A DNA stretch of 46,936 nt, from contig JAJFMO010000001.1 in the NCBI GenBank assembly GCA_020697475.1, positions 1 through 46,936 of the forward strand, read 5' to 3'. A program made the position numbers and the translations under genes. Of this stretch, positions 28,018 to 36,900 are shown piece after piece (the first letter of the stretch is position 1; every line of letters begins with the position of its first letter). The stretch comes from Paenibacillaceae bacterium. GTDB lineage: Bacteria; Bacillota; Bacilli; Paenibacillales; NBRC-103111. The notes below the pieces were generated by a model, which did not search any database, was not told where the DNA came from, and saw only the letters and a list, made by a program, of their open reading frames with translations.

Positions 28018-28047
28018 AACCGGAGATATTTTTCTCTGGTTTTTTTA
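28018..28047 (+). terminator. intrinsic terminator of the amt-NTase-exonuclease unit
   Basis: ACCGGAGA...TCTCTGGT stem (one G-T pair) followed by T7. Confidence 0.75.
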
Positions 28048-28246
28048 TTTGAAGCAAACAATCTGCCGTTTTGTTCCGTTTACTCATAACGGAACTATCG
28101 AGGTTCCGGGCAAGCCCGAGTTTGCTTACAAAAATTTTACAATCTCGATTCTGGTTGAAGCCTTAAAAACGATTATAATATAACTAAAAAGGTTGTATAT
28201 TGCATGTACTGCTTGTACTGCTTGGATAAGGAGATGAAAGGCCATT

Positions 28247-29362
28247 ATGATGTCGCGGCGCCGTTTCTTGAAAGGGATGTTGTTGTCACTCGGGATTGTG
28301 ACCGGAGGAATCATTGCGGTATTGGAATTTGTAACGGGAAAGCGGTTCGCGTTGTTTTCCCAGACCGTTCCGGTATCCGATGCGCCGGAGCAGGGCGGAG
28401 AAGTTCCGGTGTCGCGACCCGTTGGCGAGGCAGCCGTTGTAGAGCAGGCTGAACCCCAAGCAGAGGAAACGGCGTCGAACGAACTGCTGCTTTCTTTCTT
28501 CCTGCTCAGCGACATGCATATCTCGATGGATCAACCCATAATGACGGACAAATTGCATTGGGCGCTGAAGGATTTGACGAATTTCGAATCGAAGGTGGAT
28601 ATGATCGTGTTCGGCGGCGACTTGACCGATTTCGGCAGGGACGGCGACTACGATCTGCTGAAGAGCACTATGGCTCAATATAAGCTGCCTCCATTTTATG
28701 GGAACATGGGCAATCATGATTATTACGATATTTGGCTGGATCAGAAGAACGGCTGGTTTTCCGAGAAGACGATGCCCAACGGCAAGACCGACGCGATGGC
28801 TCGCAATCGATTCCTCAACTTTATCGGGTACAAGGACGGCAATGTCTATAAGGATGTGTATGTCAACGGTGTCCACCTGATTATGGTTTCTCAGGAATGC
28901 TATGTACAGGAGAAACGGGACGTCGGCGAAGGCGCTTGGTATAAGGACGATCAGCTGGATTGGTTGAAAAAGGCGATGGAACCGCACAAAGACGGATCTC
29001 CGGCGATTGTTTTTATCCACCAACCGCTGCCTTCGCAAGGAGGCGACGGGCGCACCCACCAACTGATACGCGCCACCGAGTTCCGTGCGATAATGGAACC
29101 CTACAAGAATGTCGTCGTGCTGTCCGGCCATACCCACTGGGATTTCAATGTCAACAACCACGACAATCCGGGGGAGACGTTCCGCTGGTTCAACAATTCG
29201 GCGGTCGGTCCTTGCCGCGGCGACTCCACCAGATCGAGCAAGCGGTCGCAAGGGATGTATGTTCAAGTGTACAAAGATAAAATCCATGTGCGCGGCCGGG
29301 AATTCAGCGATCGTTCATGGATCGAATCTGCGGATTGGGAAGTTCCGATCGTTAAAGTTTGA
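28247..29362 (+). CDS. Tat-secreted metallophosphoesterase (calcineurin-like)
   Basis: Twin-arginine signal MMSRRRFLKGM. All five phosphoesterase motifs are present: DMHI, GGDLTDFG, GNHDYY, FIHQP and SGHTHW. Confidence 0.85.
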   Translation: MMSRRRFLKGMLLSLGIVTGGIIAVLEFVTGKRFALFSQTVPVSDAPEQGGEVPVSRPVGEAAVVEQAEPQAEETASNELLLSFFLLSDMHISMDQPIMTDKLHWALKDLTNFESKVDMIVFGGDLTDFGRDGDYDLLKSTMAQYKLPPFYGNMGNHDYYDIWLDQKNGWFSEKTMPNGKTDAMARNRFLNFIGYKDGNVYKDVYVNGVHLIMVSQECYVQEKRDVGEGAWYKDDQLDWLKKAMEPHKDGSPAIVFIHQPLPSQGGDGRTHQLIRATEFRAIMEPYKNVVVLSGHTHWDFNVNNHDNPGETFRWFNNSAVGPCRGDSTRSSKRSQGMYVQVYKDKIHVRGREFSDRSWIESADWEVPIVKV

Positions 29363-29822
29363 TGATTTCGTATTCGTTGAACTTAAGCGGCGACAAATCG
29401 AATCCGAATGCTCGGATGCTCGGATCATATGGATTTTGCAATGAGACGATCAGAAAACAGGGGAGTTGACGCCAGGCCGTGTCCAAATCTTCGGAAGACG
29501 GAACGCCTGGAGTTTCCGGGTGGGAGTGATAGATTCCAGCGAGCTTCGGATGATCGGTCCGGTTGCCGGAGGAATCGTCTGTGCGATGAATATCTAACGC
29601 GCCTATGCGGCTCAACAGCGAAATCCACTCCCGCGGATCGATTTGAAAATGATGATGCGGATCCCGTGCAACGTTGGCGAGTGCCAAGCTGCCGGTGATC
29701 CGCATCGTTGTTTCATTGACCGTCTCCCCAAATAACGCACCGCATGCTTCCTTCGGCCATTCACGCCGGCAATGACCGACGATGTCGGAGTAGATGTTAT
29801 CGGTGATCTCGATGGTCTTCAC
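29352..29822 (-). CDS. JAMM/MPN+ (M67-family) metallopeptidase
   Basis: EACGALFG provides the Glu. HSHPETPGVPSSEDL is the H-x-H-x7-S-x2-D JAMM motif. I prefer the GTG at 29822; the ORF-track TTG start at 29855 is also possible. Confidence 0.75.
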   Translation of the reverse strand: MKTIEITDNIYSDIVGHCRREWPKEACGALFGETVNETTMRITGSLALANVARDPHHHFQIDPREWISLLSRIGALDIHRTDDSSGNRTDHPKLAGIYHSHPETPGVPSSEDLDTAWRQLPCFLIVSLQNPYDPSIRAFGFDLSPLKFNEYEIIKL

Positions 29823-29858
29823 GAACTTTTTCCCCGTCCTTTTTCCCAAAACCAAACA

Positions 29859-31184
29859 TTAGCTCACTTGCGCTTCGGGCTTGATCAAGAAAAACACCAG
29901 CCCCAGGGCGATCAGCGACAACGCCGAAACCGTGATGAACACCGCTTCGTGCGACATCTTCATCAGCCAATCGAACAGCGGAGGCCCGAAGGCGACGCCG
30001 AGAAACCGCAGGCAATTGTACATCGACGTGATCATGCCGCGTTCCTGCTTCTTGACCGAACCGGTAATCATGGTGTTGAGGCAGGGAAGCAGTAAGCCGG
30101 TTCCGATGCTGGATAGCGTCAGCAGGCTGATGAACACATACAAATTTTTGTTGAAAAAGATCGTCAGCGTCAGCGCCGCCGTCATCAGAATGAGTCCGAT
30201 GTTCATCAACCAGCGCATCAGGATGCCGTTCTTCTTGATAACACTGCCTGTCGTGTACGAGGTGACAACCATACCGAGCAGCGGGATAGCGAGCACAAAG
30301 CCTTTGGTGACGCCTTTGATATTGTACGGTGCTTCTTCGAGAATGTTGGACAAATAGAACAGCACCCCGAACAGGATGAACAATGCGAGCGACCCGGCGA
30401 AGAATGAAGTAACCAACCAACGGGCTTTTTCTTTTAAAATGTTCCAAACCGAGTGGATGTAAGCCTTCAACTTCTGAGGCTCCTGCTGTTGCTTCGGCTC
30501 TTTAATCAGCCAGATGACGGCGATGATCGACAGAATGCAAAACGCCGGGAAGGCAAAAAACGGTGCGTACCAGATCAGGAGCGCAAGCAATGAGCCGAGA
30601 ATCGGGCTAACTACTTTGCCGACTCCATTGGACGCCTCAATCATTCCGAGCGCCTTGCTCTCCGTGCCTTTCTCGTACTTGTCGCCGATGAGCGCCATCG
30701 CTATGGAAGCGGTTCCGGCCGCTCCGATTCCTTGTAAGGCGCGGGAAGCGATAAGCAAGGTGTAGGATCCCCACACAGCCCCGAATCCGGCTAAAATACC
30801 GGCCCCGCCGTAGACGGCAAGCGAAGGGATGATCACAACTTTGCGCGAGAAGCGATCCGACAAGTAGCCGGACACCGGGATGAAGATGCCTGCGGTCAAT
30901 GAAAACAGCGTAATGACCAAGCTGCTTTGGAACTGGCTGATCTTCATCGCCTTCTCCATTGCCGGCAGCACCGGGACGAGCATCGAGTTGCCGAGCACCA
31001 GAACAAGCGGTACAGTAGCCAAGGCAATAAATTCGCCGACCAACCCTTTGGTTTTGCCGCCGGACTTGGAGTTTTCTTTGCCCGCATCCTTCCCCGCGTT
31101 CTGCGCATCTTGCGAATCGTCAGGCTGCTCGTGTATATCGCTGCGGAACGTGACGAACAGCCTTCTGTCTTTCGTTTTCTCCAT
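29859..31184 (-). CDS. MFS transporter with a hydrophilic N-terminal extension of about 45 aa
   Basis: 12-14 TM segments and the MFS loop GYLSDRFSRK. ATG at 31184 follows GAGGAG. Confidence 0.85.
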   Translation of the reverse strand: MEKTKDRRLFVTFRSDIHEQPDDSQDAQNAGKDAGKENSKSGGKTKGLVGEFIALATVPLVLVLGNSMLVPVLPAMEKAMKISQFQSSLVITLFSLTAGIFIPVSGYLSDRFSRKVVIIPSLAVYGGAGILAGFGAVWGSYTLLIASRALQGIGAAGTASIAMALIGDKYEKGTESKALGMIEASNGVGKVVSPILGSLLALLIWYAPFFAFPAFCILSIIAVIWLIKEPKQQQEPQKLKAYIHSVWNILKEKARWLVTSFFAGSLALFILFGVLFYLSNILEEAPYNIKGVTKGFVLAIPLLGMVVTSYTTGSVIKKNGILMRWLMNIGLILMTAALTLTIFFNKNLYVFISLLTLSSIGTGLLLPCLNTMITGSVKKQERGMITSMYNCLRFLGVAFGPPLFDWLMKMSHEAVFITVSALSLIALGLVFFLIKPEAQVS

Positions 31185-31293
31185 GAACGTGTTGCTCCTC
31201 TTGTACGTTGATGCAGTTACTTTTCCCGTAAAGATGGAACAACATGCGCTTGAATTCAACCGCTGGCCGAGGATGTCAAGCAAACGTTAGCGG

Positions 31294-32913
31294 TCAATGA
31301 TTAACGATGCCGAGTTTCTCCAACTGCGCGGACGGGCGTTGATCGCCCAGTGTTTCGCCAAGCAACGCATAGCGGATCGAATCGATTAGTGCGTGCCAGC
31401 TCGCTTCAATAATATTTTCCGAGACGCCGACTGTGCTCCAAACGTTGTTGGCGTCTGTTGATTCGATCAGCACCCGCACTTTGGCGGCGGTCGCTTCTTT
31501 CTCGTCGATGACCCGCACTTTGTAGTCGGTCAGATGGATCTTGCGAATTCGCGGAAAATGCTGAATTAGCGCCTTGCGCAGCGCGTTGTCGAGCGCATTG
31601 ACCGGGCCGTTGCCTTCGGCGGCCGTATAGACCGTCTCGCCGCGCACGTTGATCTTGACGATCGCTTCGGAGACGACGGAATGATGGAGCGACTTCTCCA
31701 CCAGCAGCTTGAACGATTCGACGGTGAACATCTCCTCGATCGTGCCGAAAGCGTCGCGCAGCAGCAGCTCCAGTGAGGCGTCCGCTCCCTCGAATTGGTA
31801 GCCTTGATGCTCCAGCTCTTTGATCTGGTCAATAATCTGCCGTGACTTGGCGTTCTCCGTATTGATATCGAGCCCAAGCTCCTGCGCCTTGAAAATCAAA
31901 TTGCTCTGGCCCGACAGCTCGGAGACGAGCACGCGCTGCTTGTTGCCAACCAATTCGGGTTGAATGTGCTCGTACGTCTTTGGATGCTTCATGATTGCCG
32001 AGACGTGAATGCCGCCTTTGTGAGCGAAAGCGGAAGCGCCGACGAACGGTTGATTGGTCGGCAAGTGGAAGTTGGCGATTTCCGTCACGTAGCGTGCGGT
32101 TGCCGCCAAGCTTTGCAATTGTTCGCCGCTCACGCATTGGTAGCCCAGCTTGATCTGCAGATTTGGCATCACCGAGCACAGATTGGCGTTGCCGCATCGC
32201 TCGCCGATTCCGTTAATCGTGCCTTGCACCTGCTGCGCTCCAGCTTGGACGCCGGCGATGCTGTTGGCGACCGCAAGCTCGCAGTCGTTGTGCATATGGA
32301 CGCCGATCTGCGTCTTCAACTCAGAGCATACAAGGGAGACGATTTGGTGAATTTCCGACGGCATCGTGCCGCCGTTCGTGTCGCACAGGATGATCCAGTC
32401 GACCCCGGCTTCCTCGGCTTTGCGGATGCACGCCAGTGCATAATCCTGATTATTCTTGAATCCGTCGAAAAAGTGTTCGGCGTCGTATAATACTTCCAGT
32501 CCGTGATCCTTCAAATATTTAACCGAGTCATAAATCATCGCCAAATTTTCTTCCAGCGTCGTCTGAAGCGCGGTGTGAACATGGAAATCCCAGGCCTTGC
32601 CGACCAAGGAAGCGGCCTTCACTCCAGACGCGATGATGTTGTTTAAGTTGGCATCTTGCGCTACGTCAGCGTTCTTGCGGCGCGTACTGCCGAAGGCCGT
32701 TAACTTGGCGTTTTTGAACTCCATTTGTGCGGCCCGTTTGAAAAATTCGATGTCCTTGCCGTTGCTGCCCGGGTTGCCGCCCTCTATGTAATGGACCCCG
32801 AGTTCGTCCAATTTGCGGGCGATCTTTAATTTATCCTCTACGGAAAGACTAATTCCCTCTCCCTGGGAACCGTCTCTTAATGTGGTATCGAAAATTTTTA
32901 CCGGTTGACTCAT
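31294..32913 (-). CDS. cimA: citramalate synthase (IPMS/CimA family)
   Basis: KIFDTTLRDGSQGEGISLSVEDKLKIARKLDELGVHYIEGGNPGSN, HMHNDCELAVAN, and a ~540-aa length with a LeuA-dimer-like C-terminus. ATG at 32913 follows GGGGGAAG. Confidence 0.88.
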   Translation of the reverse strand: MSQPVKIFDTTLRDGSQGEGISLSVEDKLKIARKLDELGVHYIEGGNPGSNGKDIEFFKRAAQMEFKNAKLTAFGSTRRKNADVAQDANLNNIIASGVKAASLVGKAWDFHVHTALQTTLEENLAMIYDSVKYLKDHGLEVLYDAEHFFDGFKNNQDYALACIRKAEEAGVDWIILCDTNGGTMPSEIHQIVSLVCSELKTQIGVHMHNDCELAVANSIAGVQAGAQQVQGTINGIGERCGNANLCSVMPNLQIKLGYQCVSGEQLQSLAATARYVTEIANFHLPTNQPFVGASAFAHKGGIHVSAIMKHPKTYEHIQPELVGNKQRVLVSELSGQSNLIFKAQELGLDINTENAKSRQIIDQIKELEHQGYQFEGADASLELLLRDAFGTIEEMFTVESFKLLVEKSLHHSVVSEAIVKINVRGETVYTAAEGNGPVNALDNALRKALIQHFPRIRKIHLTDYKVRVIDEKEATAAKVRVLIESTDANNVWSTVGVSENIIEASWHALIDSIRYALLGETLGDQRPSAQLEKLGIVNH

Positions 32914-33127
32914 TGGCTTGCTTCCCCCTAGACTGGTTTGGTCGGAAATACGTTTATTATAACATATGTGACAAGCCATGCTGATATGAGATTCGCAATT
33001 TTGTACGTCTTTTTGGTGATATTGCCTGAAATGGCTGCTATATGCAGGTCGGCTTGACCTGCTTGCCGTTCAACGCTATTCTTTCTTTAAAGAAGTTACC
33101 CATCAGATTACGGAGGAAGAAAAAATT

Positions 33128-33487
33128 ATGCCAAGCGAACCGTCGAAAACGTTGCAGCCCGTACCCAATCCGCACCCGGACCGCGAGTACGAGGTGGAGA
33201 TTGAATGTCCGGAGTTTACCGCGCTTTGTCCGATTACCGGTCAGCCGGATTTCGCAACGATTACTTTTAAATACATCCCAGGTCCGTCCATCGTTGAGCT
33301 GAAGTCTTTGAAGCAGTATTTGTGGAGCTTCCGCGACGAGGGGCATTTTCACGAAGATGTGACGAACCGGATTTTGAAAGATTTCGTTAACTGGATACAG
33401 CCGCGAAAGCTTCAGGTGGTCGGCAAATTCAACGTACGCGGAGGAATCTATACGACGGTGAGAGCCGAGTATGAAGCCGAGCGGTAA
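33128..33487 (+). CDS. queF: NADPH-dependent 7-cyano-7-deazaguanine reductase (short unimodular form)
   Basis: [19 protein letters not shown] and [17 protein letters not shown] are the QueF motifs. Confidence 0.9.
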   Translation: MPSEPSKTLQPVPNPHPDREYEVEIECPEFTALCPITGQPDFATITFKYIPGPSIVELKSLKQYLWSFRDEGHFHEDVTNRILKDFVNWIQPRKLQVVGKFNVRGGIYTTVRAEYEAER

Positions 33488-34748
33488 AGGCAGGGTCATT
33501 CTGCACATCGACATGAACGCGTTCTACTGCTCCGTGCACGAAGCGGTGAACCCGGAATTGTACAGAGGCAAGCCGATCGCCGTGGCGGGAAGTGTCGAGC
33601 TGCGTAAAGGCATCGTTGTCACGTCATCCTATGCTGCGCGCGGACAAGGAGTGCGTACGGGGATGACGGTGCGGCAAGCGATGAAGGTGTGTCCGGAGTT
33701 GATCGTCATCAGCCCGGACTTCCATTTGTACCGCCAGTATTCCAAGCGTTTTATGAAAATTGCCTACGAGTATTCGCCGCTCCTTCAGACGATGTCTATC
33801 GACGAATGTTATGTGGATATTACCGGTTCGGGGCAGTTCGGCACGCCTGTGGAGATAGCGGGGACGATTCAACTGCGCATCCGCGAAGAGCTTGGACTGC
33901 CGTGTTCAATCGGGATCGGTCCGAACAAGCTGCTGGCGAAGATGGGCTCGGATATGAAGAAACCGAACGGGATCTCGATCTTGCGGATCAGAGAGTTCCC
34001 GTCTTTGTTTTGGAACAAGCCTTGTGCGGAGTTGTACGGAATCGGACGGAGAACGGCCGAGCGGCTGAAGAAGTTTAACATCATGACGATCGGACAGCTT
34101 GCGCGCGCGGATGAACGGCTGCTGGCTCGCGAGTTCGGCGTGCTCGGAGCTGAGCTGAAGCGGGCGGCCAACGGGCTGAACGATTCGCCGGTCAACCCCG
34201 AGCAGGAACCGAACAAGTCGATCGGGCATACGACGACGTTGCCGCACGATTATACGTTGGCCGCAGACGTGCGGCGGGTATTCCTCAACCTGGCGGATCA
34301 AGTGGCGCGTCGGATGCGTCGGCAGCATCTGGTGGCGCAAACGGTGCAAATTACGATTCGCGATCCCGATATGAAGACGATTACCCGCTCAGTCACGTTG
34401 GAAACGCCTACGGAGCAAGCCGATGAAGTGTATGCCTGCGCGTGGAAGTTATTCGGGCAGCATTGGAAAGCCGGCGAACCGGTGCGGCTCCTGGGGATCA
34501 CGTTGCAAAACTTGAAGCCGCGTGAAGGGGCGGCGGTTCAGCTGGATCTGTTCAGCTACGAGCAGCAACCGCGTAAAGAGCAGTTGACCAAGGCGATGGA
34601 CGGAATCCGCGACAAATATGGGGAAAATGCGATTGTGACGGCGGGAATGGTCGGCAACGACCCGTCCGTGCTGCTTCGGGACCACAAAGTGCGAGGCACA
34701 TCGCTGCAGACGGATCACTTGAAGGAGATAGATTGGGAGGAGTTGTGA
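33471..34748 (+). CDS. dinB: DNA polymerase IV
   Basis: [15 protein letters not shown], the SIDECYVD catalytic motif, and the [20 protein letters not shown] and [12 protein letters not shown] HhH motifs. Confidence 0.92.
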   Translation: MKPSGKGRVILHIDMNAFYCSVHEAVNPELYRGKPIAVAGSVELRKGIVVTSSYAARGQGVRTGMTVRQAMKVCPELIVISPDFHLYRQYSKRFMKIAYEYSPLLQTMSIDECYVDITGSGQFGTPVEIAGTIQLRIREELGLPCSIGIGPNKLLAKMGSDMKKPNGISILRIREFPSLFWNKPCAELYGIGRRTAERLKKFNIMTIGQLARADERLLAREFGVLGAELKRAANGLNDSPVNPEQEPNKSIGHTTTLPHDYTLAADVRRVFLNLADQVARRMRRQHLVAQTVQITIRDPDMKTITRSVTLETPTEQADEVYACAWKLFGQHWKAGEPVRLLGITLQNLKPREGAAVQLDLFSYEQQPRKEQLTKAMDGIRDKYGENAIVTAGMVGNDPSVLLRDHKVRGTSLQTDHLKEIDWEEL

Positions 34749-35299
34749 TTGAGGCGATGGCGGCTGTGATCGGTTTTGCCGGGTTTTCCGGAAGCGGAAA
34801 GACGACGTTGGCCACTCAGGTGGTCGGCTTGTTGCGCGGACGCGGGGTGCGGGTGGCCGTCATCAAGCATGACGGCCACGGACATTATAAGGAAGCGGAA
34901 GGAAGCGATTCCGCTCAATATATATCCGCCGGAGCGCAGCAGGTGGTCGTTGTTTCGCCGGGCGCGGTGGTGACGTACGAGGCGCGGGCAGGAGTGACGC
35001 TGGATGAGCAGCTGCAGCGGATGGAAGACTTCGACGTGGTGTTGGTCGAAGGGTTCAAAGGAGGCGCGCATGCGAAGATCGCGGTATTTCGCGACGCCGA
35101 GCAAGCAGAGGTGTTGGAGCGGCTTGTGAACGTGGCGGCGGTTGTGGCGCCGGCTGAGGTCGCAGCTGTCGCAGTAGAGGCGTTGGGCGGGGCGATGGAG
35201 GCCAACTCTGCTGCCGCCGATGTGCCGGTATTCGACCCTGATGATGTTCCGGGAGTCGCGGATTTCGTCATGCAGTTCGCTGGGCAGATTCGGGAGTAA
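34733..35299 (+). CDS. mobB: molybdopterin-guanine dinucleotide biosynthesis adaptor MobB, with an Ala/Val-rich C-terminal extension
   Basis: Walker A VIGFAGFSGSGKTTL followed by VAVIKHDGHGH. TTG at 34733 lies 5 nt after GAAGGAG and overlaps the dinB 3' end by 16 nt. Confidence 0.8.
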   Translation: MGGVVIEAMAAVIGFAGFSGSGKTTLATQVVGLLRGRGVRVAVIKHDGHGHYKEAEGSDSAQYISAGAQQVVVVSPGAVVTYEARAGVTLDEQLQRMEDFDVVLVEGFKGGAHAKIAVFRDAEQAEVLERLVNVAAVVAPAEVAAVAVEALGGAMEANSAAADVPVFDPDDVPGVADFVMQFAGQIRE

Positions 35300-35306
35300 G
35301 TTTTTA

Positions 35307-35335
35307 TTGACACCCGGGCCTTTTTTCATTACATA
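35307..35335 (+). promoter_or_regulatory. candidate sigma-A promoter of the lipoprotein gene
   Basis: TTGACA, 17 nt, TACATA. Confidence 0.4.
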
Positions 35336-35371
35336 AGAGTTATAGTTGCAAATGCGAAGGGGGAGGGCGTC

Positions 35372-36817
35372 TTGGTCATCAAACGTTATCCGATATGGGT
35401 TACGGTCGGACTCGTTCTCGTGTTGCTGGTTGCTTGTCAGGGAGCCGATTCCGATTCCCGGGATTCGTTGAATGCCCGAGGCGCCCTCTCTTCCATCGAT
35501 TTGGAAGCGTATGCAAATGCAATGCCTTTCGGTGTCCCCTCACGCGGAGAATTTATGGAAGGCCTCAAAACCGATGAGAGCAAAGTATACGAAGTTCCTA
35601 ATATATCGATCCCCGGCTACATGAAACCGTTCAAAGATCCGACGTTCGGTACAATGATCACAAGGATCGGGGGGACGTTTCAGTCCAAGTTCGCGTTAGC
35701 GGGCGGGGTGGAAGGCGCATGGGGCAAAGACGTCCGACATCATTATATGGAAGTCCAGCCGTGGAGCTCGGACAACAGTCTGATTGAGTTGCAGAATGCC
35801 GGCATGCCTACCAAAGTGTATTTGAACGGCGAAACGTACGAACCGGTTTACGGTCCTTGCCCAAATTATCAGGTGTTCGATGATCGCTGGCACCCAAGCA
35901 AAGACCACCCGCATGAACGGATCAATGTAAAAGAATCGACCCTTAGTTGGTTCGACGTCACGACGTGCACTGAGACCAAACGCATAAATTTGCCATTTCA
36001 CGCGGACTACATAGGCGGAGGCAAGGGCAATCCGACGCAAGACGGCCATTACGTCGCCTTGTTGGATAAGCAGAAGTCGAAAATTTATATCGTCGATATG
36101 GAGCGCAATGTCGTCGGGCCGCCGCACGAAATCGAACCATGTCCGATGGATAAATGCAACGTCTCCTTCGCCTCCCTGTCCCCGACAGGCCGCTATCTGC
36201 TCGTCCACTACGGAGGAGTCAACGGGAATCGCATTTACGACGTCAATTTGGATGCGCTCACCTTTAAATTGCGTTCGTTGCCGGCCGATTCACCGGGATG
36301 CGAGGAGCGCAAGCCGGCGGACGGTTACGCGATGGATGCAGCCAACTTCGCTTTCGTGATCAACTCGTTCGATGATAATGAGGAAGTAATTGTCGGCGAA
36401 CGACGCAATTGGTGCACTACAGCCTACGGCAAGCCGCTGGGCAGTGTGGTCATGGTGCGGCTCAAAGACAATAAGGTGACGAGTCTGACCGACCCGGACA
36501 ATGAGGCGGAAGCGATCCAGATGTCGGGGCAAGCCTATGAGCGTCCCGGATGGGTATACGTGACTTACCAGACGGCTGCCGGCAAGCGATTCGATGGGGA
36601 AATCGTCGCGTTCAAGCTGGACGGGAGCGGGGAAATCGAGCGACTGGCGCATACGCACAGCAACGACCGGCCGTATCGCAACCAGCCGCAGGCTGTGCCG
36701 TCGCGTGACGGCACCCGCGTACTGTTCGCGAGCGCGTGGAACGACCATTGTTCGCGAGGTTGCGGCAAGCCCGACAATCCAAAAGCTTACATCGTAGATA
36801 TAAGGCCGAACCGTTGA
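35372..36817 (+). CDS. hypothetical Cys-rich secreted lipoprotein, probably beta-propeller-like
   Basis: Lipobox LVLLVACQG. TTG start follows GGGGGAGGG. The 481-aa protein has repeated beta-strand-like segments and a TolB/PD40-like C-terminus (DGTRVLFASAWN). I do not recognise the family. Confidence 0.75.
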   Translation: MVIKRYPIWVTVGLVLVLLVACQGADSDSRDSLNARGALSSIDLEAYANAMPFGVPSRGEFMEGLKTDESKVYEVPNISIPGYMKPFKDPTFGTMITRIGGTFQSKFALAGGVEGAWGKDVRHHYMEVQPWSSDNSLIELQNAGMPTKVYLNGETYEPVYGPCPNYQVFDDRWHPSKDHPHERINVKESTLSWFDVTTCTETKRINLPFHADYIGGGKGNPTQDGHYVALLDKQKSKIYIVDMERNVVGPPHEIEPCPMDKCNVSFASLSPTGRYLLVHYGGVNGNRIYDVNLDALTFKLRSLPADSPGCEERKPADGYAMDAANFAFVINSFDDNEEVIVGERRNWCTTAYGKPLGSVVMVRLKDNKVTSLTDPDNEAEAIQMSGQAYERPGWVYVTYQTAAGKRFDGEIVAFKLDGSGEIERLAHTHSNDRPYRNQPQAVPSRDGTRVLFASAWNDHCSRGCGKPDNPKAYIVDIRPNR

Positions 36818-36847
36818 GCGAGAGGTAGTATTGACTCATACAAAAAA

Positions 36848-36882
36848 CAAGGCCCGGGAGGCATCCGCCTACCCGGGCCTTG
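36848..36882. terminator. bidirectional terminator between convergent genes
   Basis: CAAGGCCCGGG...CCCGGGCCTTG 11-bp stem. A6 upstream gives T6 for the minus-strand gene. Confidence 0.8.
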
Positions 36883-36900
36883 TCCTTGATCCCCGTGCCA

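Noticed and set aside
28286-29287. 333-aa minus-strand ORF antisense to the Tat-secreted metallophosphoesterase
   Set aside because: This is a shadow ORF. The plus-strand frame carries all five phosphoesterase motifs and a Tat signal. The antisense product is Arg/His/Val-rich with no motifs and no RBS.
32914-33040. T-box or leader-peptide attenuator upstream of cimA
   Set aside because: On the minus strand an extended -10 (TGTTATAAT) lies only about 35-40 nt from the start codon, which leaves no room for a T-box. No specifier or terminator structures were seen.
33040-33127. preQ1 riboswitch upstream of queF
   Set aside because: The leader after the TTGACC-17-TATTCT promoter is only about 45 nt. 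It lacks the P1 stem, C-rich loop and A-rich tail architecture of preQ1-I. Only the TTCTTTAAAGAA palindrome is present.
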